Translations under genes and position numbers: made by a program
Shown: positions 24,861-37,630 of the stretch, piece after piece
Layout of the letters: each line of letters starts with the position of its first letter
Numbering within the stretch: position 1 is the stretch's first letter
The notes under the pieces: generated by a model
Database searches by the model: none
The model's input: the letters and a program-made list of their open reading frames with translations, nothing else
Told to the model about the DNA's origin: nothing
Assembly (NCBI RefSeq): GCF_006345805.1
Contig: NC_042998.1
Coordinates: forward strand, 129,518,001-129,582,000
Length of the DNA: 64,000 bases
Reading direction: 5' to 3'
Origin: Octopus sinensis
Taxonomy: Eukaryota

Positions 24861-25859
24861 ATTAAAACTAGAATAAAAAAAAAAGGATTGTTGTCTGCAA
24901 AAGAATTTATCTGAATACGAACTTTTGAAGAGATTAACCATTTATTTATAATGTTTTTGTATTTGATCTTGTAATTATTATTCATAAGTTTGTTGCTGTT
25001 ATGGCTCTTGTAGTCATTGCTCTTGGCAACGCCGCATCGTTCGATGATTGGTGGTGGTTGTTCAAGCTATTATTCATTTGATGCATTATATTTTTGAAAA
25101 AATTCTTCTTTCTCCTAAGATGCCAACAACATGACCCACTGAAGTAGCTCTTACTTGTTTGAAAATCCTTCAAAAATCGAAGTTAAATCGGTTTCAAATG
25201 ACATTCTTCTGTATTAAAACATGAAGAGCGCAACGATAATGAATCTTATGTGTACACTGTCTACAAACATGAAGGCATTAATACAGCACGACAATTTCCA
25301 AACACTAGTTTAAAGCTGACTTTATATTCAATCAAGAAATACAAAACTGTCGGTAAATGGATGTGATGTAAAGTTCCATTATCAGGCAAATAATTTTCAT
25401 ATAATCTTGCAACACTTATTACTCCACAGGCAACTAAGGCAGTGTATTATAAAGGGACCTGCACCAAACCACGGTGAAACAATGGAAAGGATTTTGAACT
25501 AAAGAACGATTATAAATACGAACCTACATTCCAAATATTCGTACCGCCCCTACTACCGCTAAAATAAGCAACTTTGTCAAAACATTCCGAGGTCAGCATC
25601 AGTATAGAATCATAATAATTGTCAATAAAAATCAAGGTTACAAGCACCTCGATATGCCAACATCATCATCAACACCATTCTGATATTAACAATTTATCTG
25701 CTATTTTCATCTTTATCATTCCCATTCTGATGCCGTCAATCTAATTTGCTGTCCACTGGATAACCCCTTCATGTTTATATTACATGTTTTAAAAAATCAT
25801 TAAAATCATCCCGTACCGTTTTAGAAAAGCGGACACAATAAATAGTTCTTAGTATGGGT

Positions 25860-26018
25860 GGAGTCTAGTCAATTACATCGACAGATAATTTATTGACTCC
25901 CAAAAGATGAAAAGCAACGTTGACCTCGGTGGAATTTGAACTAAGAACGTAATGTCAAAAGAACTTCCGCTAATCATTTCTGTTCGGCTTGCTAACGATT
26001 GCGCCACGTCGCAGACTT
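25860..26018 (-). mobile_element. SINE family B, old copy
   Basis: gttgacctcggtggaatttgaact...gctaacgatt on +. Confidence 0.75.
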
Positions 26019-26615
26019 AAAGGGCAGACTGAATAATGAAGGGATGTTTCTAGTGGAATGCTATTCATATTGGTTCAGCGTGAATAAGTTTGGTGTAGAA
26101 CTGATGAATAACAATATCGTCTGTAATTCCGTTTATTTCCATGTGTGAGACGCATATTGGACGTAGTAGAATTCTAATGCACATTTGCAGTTTTGCTGTG
26201 GTGCCATAATATGCACATGCAAAATACAGATGTAAATGTAGGGACAAGCAAGTTAGACAGATCAGTATATAGAGTATATTAAATACATGGAATGCAAAAA
26301 GTATTTATATGTTTACATACGAAAAGATCCGAGTTACGCAAAATACAAAGACCTATTTGTATGTAAACATACATAAAAAAAAAATTCATGTATTTAATAT
26401 ACTTTCTATATTGATCTAACTTGCTTATCCCTACATTTGCCTCTATACCCACTCAAGTTTAAATCCCTTGTGTATCACTAAGTGTATTCTATACGGAGAA
26501 CATTTGGGTCTCATCTATGAACTATATACAAAATACAGATGTGTATGTGTGTGTGTGTGCTTTGGAATGTGCAACAGTCCCATAAATATGATATATTGTT
26601 ACTTCAAATTTCAAG

Positions 26616-26684
26616 CCGCAGAATATATATGAAGAAAAAGAAAGCTTCCAAACCACATTTTGATTCTGGAGAAACTTCTGTGAG
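26616..26684 (+). CDS. Candidate exon ((RR)IYMKKKKASKPHFDSGETSV)
   Basis: AG at 26614-15 or 26620-21, donor gtattg; polypyrimidine tract is weak. Confidence 0.18.
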
Positions 26685-26995
26685 GTATTGCCCTCAGGAT
26701 ATAAAGTATTACATCATGAAAATAACACAAGAAAAAATAAAGCGACTAAATTCAAACCGAATAAAAATGGAATTTTTGTAACTATATAAGAAAGTTAGCA
26801 AGGGAATAATAAGTTCGAGAAATTCAGTTAATGGGTAAAACAGAATGGGATAAATAGAAAATAAATAAAAGCTATTGATATGTAGAAAGATGATACTCGT
26901 TAACTGTTGGTCTGTTTAATCATGAGGTGCTATCATTTTCCTGTATTTCACAAGGTGTTTTTCAAAATATCGGCATTTATTTATGAATCCATGTT

Positions 26996-27051
<56 letters not shown>

Positions 27052-27289
27052 ATGTATGTATATTAATAGTTATCGCCAAGCTAATATGGCAGTCCAGAAA
27101 AACAGGACGAGTGATGCCGTTGATTAGCTCCAAGAAGCCATTGCCTCTAGCTAGCGATGTGACACACGAACCTGTGTCTATCATCACTTTCGAAAGTTAT
27201 AATGGACACAGGACTACCATGTTAGCTTGGCGATAGATATCAATATCCAGTACCGCTGCCATAGTCTCCTTTAGAGAGACTTAGAAATG

Positions 27290-27345
<56 letters not shown>

Positions 27346-27349
<4 letters not shown>

Positions 27350-27660
27350 TGAAAAGTAACACGCGAGTTGATATATATGGAAAAAAAGTCAAGGTAGAAA
27401 ATGCTAAAATAATTTTATAAAAAACATTTCAGTACCGGTTTCAGCCATTGAGACTTTTTCAACTGTGAGTATGGAAAACAATTAAATTTTGGAAAAATTA
27501 AAAGAAATGTTTTTAAAAGAATATTTGCATAGTGTTCAAATACAAGTGACATTTTCCTTGTTTCTACCTGTTTCTGTCTCTCTTCTTTACTCTTCAGTGG
27601 TAGTTCTAATCAACTTAAATTTTTAATATTATAATTTTACAGTTTGGTAAAATTATATTA
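27346..27660 (-). mobile_element. Short (TA)n-anchored element carrying a hammerhead fold (probable PLE pLTR fragment)
   Basis: Its 3' end (minus) abuts the (AT)n tract at 27296-27345; contains the motif at 27430-27465. Confidence 0.55.
27430..27465 (-). ncRNA. Minimal type I hammerhead ribozyme, U3-A8 variant
   Basis: Minus strand: CAG-UUGAAAA-AGUC-UCAAU-GGCU-GAAA-CCGG-UA-CUG; stems I, II and palindromic III all pair. Confidence 0.6.
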
Positions 27661-27661
27661 A

Positions 27662-27780
27662 TTTCCCGTTTCCGTCTATCAAACCCACTCACAAGGATTT
27701 GGTCAGCTCGGACCTATTGTAGATGACACTTGCCCATATTGATACGCAACTGCAGTAAACCCGAAACCGTGTGGTTGCGC
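27662..27780 (-). mobile_element. SINE family C 5' fragment
   Basis: ccactcacaagg...gacacttgccc...cccgaaaccgtgtggttg. Confidence 0.8.
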
Positions 27781-27835
27781 CTATATGTACATATATGTGT
27801 GTGCGTGTGTGTGTGTGTGTGCTTGTGCAATACAC

Positions 27836-28010
27836 AGGCTCACGCGTGGTAAGAAATTTGCTTCCTAACCATATTGCTCCAGGATCGGAGTCAGTGCGTG
27901 CCGCCTTGGACAAGAGTCTTCTACCCAAAATGCGGTAACAAGACCAACGTCTTCTCTGTAGATTTGGTTGATGGAAACTGAAAGGGGTGTGTATGGACTG
28001 TGGCCAAAGA
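27836..28010 (+). mobile_element. SINE family C, old 5' fragment
   Basis: gtggtaagaaatttgcttcctaaccat...ttggacaagagtcttcta...gatttggttgatggaaactgaaag. Confidence 0.7.
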
Positions 28011-28391
28011 CTAAAATAAGCAGATAAAGTTACATACATACATACATGCATGCATGCATACATACATACATACATACATACATGCATACATACATACATA
28101 TATACATACATACATACATACATACATACATACATACTTAAATACATACATATATAAACACAGACGCACACGCACACGCTCATATATAATATAAATCGAA
28201 CAGCAGATCATATGTCCGAAAAGTAAGCACACTGTAAAAATTAGAGTTGTAATACTTAGAAGGTTGTCTGCTATGGCCAGTCAGAGTGACCATTGGTTTC
28301 GCGTTTATAAAGGCAACTCATCAGACTGAAATGTTCGCGTCAAACTAACACCTGCTTGGTGCTCCTTCACCTATCTTCGTCTTTTTTTTCT

Positions 28392-29382
28392 GTGAAAATA
28401 TTTGCTGATGACACTAAGGTCCAGCAAATCATCAATAAAGAAGAAGACCAAACTCAACTTCAGTCTGATCTATATGATGTGAATCAATGGGCAGACAAAA
28501 ACAAAATGATACTGAACGAAGGAAAATTTGAGCTGATGCATTTTGGAAGAAAGTCCACATTAAAACAGCCATACTCTCTTCCTTCAGGGGAACCGCTCAC
28601 AGCCTCTAACAATATCAGAGACCTGGGTGTAATTGTTGATGACAATCTCAGTTGGAGTGCCCACATCAACAATAAGGTCGATATAGCTCGTAGAATGGGC
28701 TCCTGGATTTTAAGAACCTTTCGGTCCAGAGAACAAGGTGTCATCATACCACATATCTCCTCCTTTGTACGGCCACACCTCGAATACTGCTGCCCACTGT
28801 AGTCTCCCCATACAAGACAAAACATCTCGAGGATTGAATCACCCCAGAGGGCACTCACTAAACGAATTGAAGGCATGACTGCTCTCGATGATTGAGACCG
28901 CCTTAAAGCCTTGAAACTCTACTCTCTCCAGCGCCACCGCGAGCGGTACTTCATTTGTACGATGTGGAGAATATACCGCCAACTTTGCCCAAACGACCTG
29001 AGCATTAGTTTCAAGGTTCATCCAAGACTGGGACGATGGGCCATACGTCCCCTGCCCACTTCAGGATCACAGCATATAGGTACACTGCAACATAATTTCT
29101 TCTCCTAAACAGACCCTGCCCTCTTTAACATTGTCCCGAAAGTGATCAAAGAGGAAAAGGATCCCATCAACTTTAAACGGAGTCTGGACAGATTTCTTCA
29201 AGGAATACCGGATAAGCCACCGATGCCTGGATACAACTCACTCAATAAGAACTCACTACTTGAATGGACCATAAACAAAACTTGACTTAAACAGGATTTA
29301 GATAATCCTATCAGGTGGTGCTATTAAGTTAGACATGGCCTGGACTAATCTTTGGTCGAAACATATCTAAGTTTATCTAAGG
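28392..29382 (+). mobile_element. CR1/L2-group LINE, 5'-truncated (RT C-terminal half + 3'UTR)
   Basis: KIFADDTK...RDLGVIVDDNLSW...FVRPHLEYC...LKLYSLQRHRERY...LFNIVPK...FKRSLDRFL; short atctaag tandem tail. Confidence 0.9.
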
Positions 29383-29589
29383 TTATATATATATAGCATT
29401 ACGCACGTCATACTTTTCCTTGTCCACATTTTTCCTACTCATCGCAAATGAACCCGAAACTGTACAATTTCACTTTGACATGGCAAACCAAACTTATATG
29501 TTCGTTTAGGGTCAGTTGCAATGGACATAGACATCGCATGTCATGGGCAGATCAAATTATAAAGAAAACTGGTGTCCTTGATCAGGGGA

Positions 29590-30539
29590 GCTACGTCTAT
29601 CACCAAATCAACGGCCCACCAAAACATCCATCATCACCATCTTTGCTGCAAGTATCACAACCATAATGAAACCAAATACCACTACCACCATCACCACTTC
29701 GATCATCATTGTCATCATCATCGTCATCACCAGCAGCAGCAGCAGCATCAAAGGAGGCAGCTGTAGTAGTAGTAGCGGCATCATCATCGTTCTCGTCATC
29801 AATGCTATTGTCACCAACCTCCACCGCCATTTCTAAAGCCGCTTCCGTCGCTGTCTCCCATCCACCCCCACCCATCTCCTCCTCGTACATCTATTTCCTC
29901 CCCCCTCCTCTCCCCTACCATCCTCTTCCCCGTCCTCCTTTCTACCCCCACCCCCTTGTCATCTTCACCGTTCTCAGCATCACCATCAATGTTATTATCA
30001 CCAGCACTTCCAACGTCGCCGCACATCACTACCACCATGCACCATCACCGCCACCGCCGCCTCTGCTGCCAACACAGTCGCCGTCGTCGTCGCCATCCTC
30101 CCTCTCCTCCTCCTCCTCCTCCTCTCCCTCCTCCTCCTCTCCCTCCTCCTCCTCTCCCTCCTCCTCATTCTCATCCTGCTAAGCGTCCCCTTCTCTTCCC
30201 CCTTCCTTCACCCTCTCCTCCTCCTCCTCCTCCTCCTCATCATCATCATCATCACTATCGACGTGTGTTCGCGTTCGTGGTCGTCGTAATCGTCGTTAAC
30301 TCCTTTGTTTTATTAATGCTGTAGTAGCAGCAGCAGCAGTTGTTTTTGTTATAATAGTCACCGTTGTTGTTAAATTGTTAACAATCACGTCGTATTACTC
30401 CTCCCCACGAAAGCCGGCAGCTTTTCATCATCCACTTCTCACCGCCGCCGATTCCATCGTCTTGAACATCACCGTAAACCGTGCCACTATAGCAGCGGCT
30501 ATCACAACTGCCGCCGCCGCTGCTGCTGTTGCTGCCATC

Positions 30540-30573
<34 letters not shown>

Positions 30574-30670
30574 AACAACAACAACAACTACTACTACTAC
30601 TACTACTTGTGTTATATTACTGCTACCGCTATCGCAGCTACTGCTACTACTGCCTTCCCTGCTGCTGCTG

Positions 30671-30735
<65 letters not shown>

Positions 30736-30962
30736 GTTTGTACTATACTACTACCATCGCAGCTACTACTACTTGTACGATACTACTTCCATCGCTACTA
30801 CAACCACCACCACCACCTCTATCACTACTATTACTACTACTAACAGTGCTAGTACTCCTACTGCAGCTATTGCTGCCGCCGCCGATACTCCCGCCTTCTC
30901 TACTTCCTCCTACTACCACAACTACTACTACGCTGCTGTTACCACTGCTACAGCTATTACTT

Positions 30963-30995
<33 letters not shown>

Positions 30996-31011
30996 TACTA
31001 CCACCACCACA

Positions 31012-31058
<47 letters not shown>

Positions 31059-31940
31059 AACTACTATACTACCACCACCACCACTACTACTACTACTACG
31101 TCCCCTAGGGTAGTTGTTTGAAATTCATGTCTATGTTGAGAAAGTTGAAGTAGGAAAAGTGTATATTGTCAAATGTAAAAAAAAAAATCAGTGAAGATTT
31201 AACTAAAACTCTATTAAGAAAAATACAAACACAAATTTAAAAAGAAAAGAAACTCTCAAATACATAATAAATATGACGTCATCAAAAAAAGCAGAAATAC
31301 AATAATTATATTGGAATGTGTGACATTTTAATTGGCATGTTGGCTGCATCATCATTATGATGATAATGATTAGTATTCACATTTCAACCACCGCCACAAC
31401 TTCCACCACCACACCACCACCACCATAACCACCGTTGCCGCCACCACTAACGCTGCCGCCGCCGCCGCCGCCATCCACACCGTCAAAATAATATAATAGT
31501 AGTTATAAATTTCCTCGGTTTCAAATTTGCTTGATCATTAGCAAGATTTCCATTTCTATCATTTGTTCAGTATCATCCAATTCACGATCATTATCAAAAT
31601 AAAATTAGTCATCCTTACCGCCGCCGCCCCTGACGCTCCCCCCCCCACGACCACCAGCACCAACACCAACATTCTCATCATGATTTCTCCTACTGCCACC
31701 ATCGCTATTATCATCATCGTTAGTATGATTATCACGATACTAACTATTGTCAAGCTCAGTATTATTTTCGGCGTCATCCTTATTGTTGCCATGGTGATGA
31801 TGTTGAGTATGACAGCAACAACAATGCCAGTAATAGCTTCCATAAAGATGGTGATGATGAAAACGATTATGAGGGTTCATACCCGCAATATTGGCAACGA
31901 CAATATTTGTAGTGTAAATGCTACTCTGGCGACGACATAT
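29590..31940. repeat. Compound ATC/CCT/GCC/ACT/ACC microsatellite mosaic
   Basis: Direct reading; interrupted by an AT-rich spacer at about 31110-31340. Confidence 0.92.
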
Positions 31941-32044
31941 TGGTGACGAAAAAGATTTGTTGACTGGGAAAACTTCGTTGACGATGAATACATACATATA
32001 CACAGACACAGACACACACATACATACATATAGTTAAAGGGTTA

Positions 32045-32375
32045 CGACCACCTTCGGTCATGAATGACAATGGAATTGCTTAGAGAAAGTTACCCTCCGA
32101 GGCACAAATCCGCGCAAGGTTGCTTATGGAAGACCAGCAGTCGTCGATGCATTGCATACCAGTTTCCCCTCACCACACCACCGACGTTGTCTAAGGGAAA
32201 AGCAAAGGCCGATACAGCTTGACACACGTGACATCGCAACTCATTTCTTCAAATCAGCAAGCTGGAGGAACGCGAAGTAAAGTGTCTTTCTCAAGAACAC
32301 AAGGCAGCTCGGTTCGGGAATCGAACTCACCACCTCATGATAGTAAAACCGTTGCTCTAAACGCTGAGCCATGAC
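32045..32375 (-). mobile_element. SINE family A, older copy
   Basis: Colinear with 51768-52105 but more diverged. Confidence 0.85.
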
Positions 32376-32419
32376 CGACCACACAGAAAAACAATTGGAT
32401 ATGGGAACGATAATTACTG

Positions 32420-32990
32420 AGCCAAATGTGCCTTAATGGGAATAAAACGTGGGGAAATGGTGTCCTCTCTGATAACTAAAAAATGAACGCTTGGCAATGC
32501 AACCTCTGCAGCCAGGTGACAGTTCTATGTACCTTGGACAAGATGAGAATGTCAGATATAACTCATAGATAAGGAGAGAACCAGAAATGAAAATCTCAGA
32601 AGTGTAAAGAGAATCTGGTCATTAGAACCCTCAATTTATAAGCATACTGCCCACAACACCTTTGCACTGCCTGTTCCCACGCCCACGTTTGACCTTTTGA
32701 ACAGGTCACTACAAAATCTCAGTGAGACTTTCGGTCTCACAAGCTGCTGTTACAGGAGACTTCAACATCGATGAAAATATAGACAGGCTATACATAACTG
32801 CAAGGGACCCAGCAAAAACAGTGCAAGAGCAGTTGTCGTGGTCTCAAATATGTACTGATGTCATGTGAAGCACGTATTGTGACACTGCATCAAAATCTAT
32901 ACAGACAAGGGAGACAATAACTATCTTACTCAGCAACATAGTTAGGATTGCTAATGGAATGAGGAGGGATCTCAAATGAAAGCTGATACA
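32420..32990 (+). pseudogene. Dong/R4-like post-RT fragment F, very decayed
   Basis: GIKRGEM; QPLQPGDSSMYLGQDENV; VKRIWSLEP..YKHTAHNTFALPV; GDFNIDENIDRLYI; CEARIVTLHQ. Confidence 0.7.
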
Positions 32991-33630
32991 AACCTTTCCC
33001 CAAAAAGATATTCAACTGTTATTTATTTCTATCTCCAAGCATCGTTTTCACAGCATATCCTGGTGAGGATTACTCTTCCTTCACATTAGAAAAGCATCAC
33101 CAGATAACTGACAAATTTTCATAGGTTATTTTATTTTTTTGCTTTACAAAATCCACATTTAGAATGTGTTGTACTGGTTTGCCTTTGGTTCTACGTCTCT
33201 AATTTTCAGGATACTGCTTTACGTTGCGAAAAGAGTATTTAAACAAATTTCGCTAATCTGCAGTAAATTTTAAATCCTGACGGCATTAAATGCTTTCAGC
33301 ATCAATACAGCTGGACTCAGATTAATATATTTTAATATTGTGTGTCTTGTAATGGCAAATTTGAAACCGAAAATTATTTTGAAACGTCTGATTAATACAT
33401 TTATGTATGTATCTTCTACTGATAGGTAATACATTTTTTGCCATTTTGCTACTGACATGGATAGTCAGCGAGGTAAGGTACAGTCAACTGAAATCTGGAC
33501 TGTTGATAAAATGAAGTCCTATTCAAGTACTGTGCGTGCGTTTGTGTATGTTCTGGTTAAACTCTTTGCCGGATTCCGAGGTGTTAGTAGTGGGAGAGAT
33601 GAAGCGGGAGGACTGGTGATCATAGCCACG

Positions 33631-34300
33631 ATGTTTGTCATATATTTCAAGTGCTAAGATCAAATACGCTGCAGTTACCGTGGAGATTATATCCCTCTTA
33701 TGATAAAAAGTTGTGAAGACACCCGGTTCCTTCAGTTACGCCATGCAATTAGGGATCTCAGACATCGGTGTTTCAAGCTTCCTGGCTATTTTCGATGAGA
33801 TGCACTTCAGAGAGGTAACTCTCAACGAATTTGTAAAGCTGTAGCTTTATGCATAATGCAGTCAACATGTTGACTGATTTGCACTCGTAGATCGCCCGAC
33901 CGAGGGTAAATAACGAAGAGTTAGCGTTAAGCAGTGTTTAGGCGTGAGCAGAGTTAGGTAAGATGAAATATATTTGTCACATATTTCAACTACTAAAAGG
34001 CAAATATACTGAATTATACATAAAGCTACGCTTTTATAAGTTCGTTCAGAGTTGCCTCTCTTAGGTACATCTCACCGAAAATAGACAAGGAGCTCGAAAC
34101 ATCGATTTCTGAGATACCTAATAGATGGCAACACTGAACGAACCGGGTATTTTCACACCTTTTTACCATAAGAGAGATATGTTCTTCACGGTAACTGCAG
34201 TGTATTTGCATTTTAGCACTTGAAATATGTAACAAACATAATTTAGCTTGCGTAATTCTGTTCATACCTAAACACTGCTTAGCATAACACTTCGTTAAAT
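33631..34300. repeat. Old foldback/partial tandem of an unclassified unit of about 300 bp
   Basis: 33631-33849 vs reverse complement of 34021-34239, roughly 80% identical by eye; 33909-34010 is a third partial copy. Confidence 0.85.
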
Positions 34301-34582
34301 ATATACACATTTTGTATTTGATGTTTAATATATTTAATATATTTGATGTGTATAATCTGTTTTATTACCATACTTGCCTCTATACCTGCTCAACTTGATC
34401 CTTCTTATCGCCTTTCTTTAGCTTGTAGAATGATCTTCTCTAAAGACACCGGAATCTCAGTTTCAATCTTTTCAGCACTACTACATGTCTTGCTTACGGA
34501 GAATCTATGAATGTTATCTTTGAAATACACATAGACACACATACATACACACATACACACACACACACACACATATACATGA

Positions 34583-34625
<43 letters not shown>

Positions 34626-34755
34626 GTGACAATTATTTAAATATTCTCACATATTGTAATTACTGATGAATTCCTCTATTTACATAATATCGAGGCCTTT
34701 TTCATTCTTTTGTTGTCTTACCATTTGTATCAAAGTATATATATATATATATATA

Positions 34756-34818
<63 letters not shown>

Positions 34819-35144
34819 AAACACGAATGTTATACAAATTATTTTACATCCGTCATATGTTTCGAAGACAACGTTGGTATTTTCCAGAAGGAGAGGATTG
34901 TATTGTTTTACACCATTTTATTCCTTCTGGAATAATACCAATGTTGTCGTTGAAACATATGTCGGAAATAAAATAATTTGAATAACACCTGCGTTTACCC
35001 AAACCTGGATTTTCTACCTATATAAAAAGGCTGTTAGATCCTTGTTACTTGTGTGAATTTTTGCTACTCTGGTAACTATTTATTATTTTTTTCATGTTAT
35101 TTATAAACACTGGAAAACACACACACACACACACACACACATAC

Positions 35145-35186
<42 letters not shown>

Positions 35187-35205
35187 GAATCTGCCTATCT
35201 ATTTG

Positions 35206-35267
<62 letters not shown>

Positions 35268-35715
35268 CATTGATAAATACAATGCGATATACATATACTT
35301 ATACTATAATCAAATATTTATAGGTACATGTAAGGTGCTGCATCCACACAGGGAACCCAATGCTACTGTCCAGAGAGTAAACAACAGCACCATATCAGAA
35401 ACACCGATCTAGGAAGACATGGAATGGTCATGTTCTCTACACTAATTTATTTAATTTTTATCTAAAGCAGTTCGTTGTCTTTTTTTTTGTTACCCAGCAA
35501 CAAGATATGCCCAGAACGACATCCATAACTCACACCCTCTTACATAACTGATTTCAGCCTGCTTTAATGTGGTGTAGTAGTCACGAGTCCAAGAGAAGTT
35601 TGACTTCATGTCAATATCATTGTCTTCTTCAATTCTTCAGGAAATATACCCATACATGGTCCTGTTTTTTTTTTTTTGGTATGCTAAGCTTTTCCCAGTC
35701 AGGTTTTCTTTGCAG

Positions 35716-35860
35716 TATTTCAGTCCGATGTGATGAGGTTGTTTACGAGGTCACCGAAGACAGAATTCCTTCTGAGGAGCTTGCTACCAACATGCAGGAT
35801 GATGTTCTCATGGCTTTTCAGCACGAAATTAACGCATTTATTTTTGTTACATACATACAT
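35716..35860 (+). other. Coding-like island (ISVRCDEVVYEVTEDRIPSEELATNMQDDVLMAFQ), candidate exon or TE remnant
   Basis: Strong acceptor ttttctttgcag and higher GC, but no convincing donor. Confidence 0.2.
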
Positions 35861-36116
35861 ACGTATGTATGTATGTATGTATGTATGTATGTATGTATGT
35901 ATGTATGTATGTATGTATGTATGTATGTATGTATGTATGTATGTATGTCTTTATCCAGTTTTATTTCAAAATTTCTTCCCACTGGAGAAACAGCCGGTTT
36001 CTAACGTAGATCAAAGGCTCCTTCATTGGAATTTCAACAACAGGATGTATTTGTATGTATGTATGTATGTATGTATGTATGTATGTATGTATGTATGTAT
36101 GTATGCATGTATGTAA

Positions 36117-36330
36117 AGTTAATCCAAACATGAAAACACGAAGAGAAAACACAACAACGCGAGGACGTGGAACAAGTATAGTGTTAGTGGACGCTCAAGA
36201 AAGGAAAGAAAGAAGGAGGATTTAACGTTTCGAGCGGAGCTCTTCGTCAGAAACATAGGAAAAGGAAAGATCCAAGGAAGGGAAGACGGAGGAAAAAAAT
36301 CGCAAACGATACACACGCGGTCGTTTATGT
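36117..36330 (-). mobile_element. Short microsatellite-anchored element with hammerhead (probable PLE pLTR fragment)
   Basis: Pyrimidine-rich on minus; its 3' end abuts the (TATG)n tract at 36050-36115. Confidence 0.65.
36220..36254 (-). ncRNA. Minimal type I hammerhead ribozyme, canonical core
   Basis: Minus strand: GUUU-CUGACGA-A-GAGC-UCC-GCUC-GAAA-CG-UU-AAAU. Confidence 0.75.
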
Positions 36331-36924
36331 GCAAATTTGTATGTTTTGTTTTATTTATGTATTCTCATACATATAGTTGTGTGTCTAGACATGCGCATAT
36401 ATACTTAAATGATAAACTTTTGTAAAGTATTATATCCCAGTGCCCCCCAGAAATTACAGGTATAAATCTGCATTTGTAATCTGGGTAGAGTTACTGTACA
36501 TTACTCAATAGTCTAGTGACGGCAATTTCTTTTTCATGTATCTGTGTATGTATTCATTCTCTAATTGTATTACAGTCATCAAAGTGGCGGGAATGATAGT
36601 TGAATGTATATCTGTGTCCCTGTGGAACATGAATACGCTTGAAACATTCTTGAGATGGGTTTATGAATGTCTTCAGGTAGTGGAGTTTTATATTCATATC
36701 GTCACGTCAACAGATTTTTTATCTTATTCTACTAAATACTTTCGAAACTGGTTGGCTCACTTTATATGCATGCAAAAATTTATAACATGTATGTTTTATT
36801 TTATGGGAACAGTATAGAATTAATGAGAGATACCAGATTTAATTAGCTATTCTTCTCTTCAAAATTATGTGGACATGGGGCTTTGCTATAAGTCATTATT
36901 TTTATTGTTATGCTAATGTTGATG

Positions 36925-36931
36925 CTAGGTG

Positions 36932-36987
<56 letters not shown>

Positions 36988-37630
36988 CATTATTATTATT
37001 GTTGTTGTTGTTGTTGTTATTATTATTATTATTAATATTATTGCAGCTTTCGATTTCAACTTCCTTGTCGTTATTTTTGGTGTGATTTGAATTTTATGTT
37101 GGTCTTATTGTAATCTCGCTAAGTTGTTTAAAATTTCATTAGTTATTATTGCTTTGGCTACTGTTGTTTGCTGTGCCATTCTGAATCTTGCTGTTATTGT
37201 TGGTATTTTTTCTTTCGTTTTTGGAATAATTACTGCATCTGCTGTTATGTTGCTGGTTTTTTCTTGTTGTTGCTGTAACCAGTTCTTTTGGCGCTGTTAG
37301 TGTTACTGTTGCATTTCTAGCAGTTGATAATGATAATAACAATACATGATGGTGATGTTGGTGGTTCAAAATTGACTTTTGCAATTGTTTTGTTCTTTTT
37401 GTTGTTGGCATTGCTGATATTGCAGTGGTATCTTGCAGTGATTCTTCCCATATTAATTCTTCGTTTTGCTGATCTGTTTCTATATCTTTTAGTCATTATT
37501 ATTATGTTGTTATTCTCATTTTTATTGCTGTCGTTGTTTTGTGATGGTGTGCTGATAGTTTTGGTGCTGGCTATGTAGTAGTAGTAGTAGCGGTGTTGGT
37601 GGCGATGGTGGTAGTTATTGTTGTTGCTCA
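36925..37630. repeat. Compound ATT/GTT/GCT microsatellite mosaic
   Basis: Direct reading. Confidence 0.9.
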
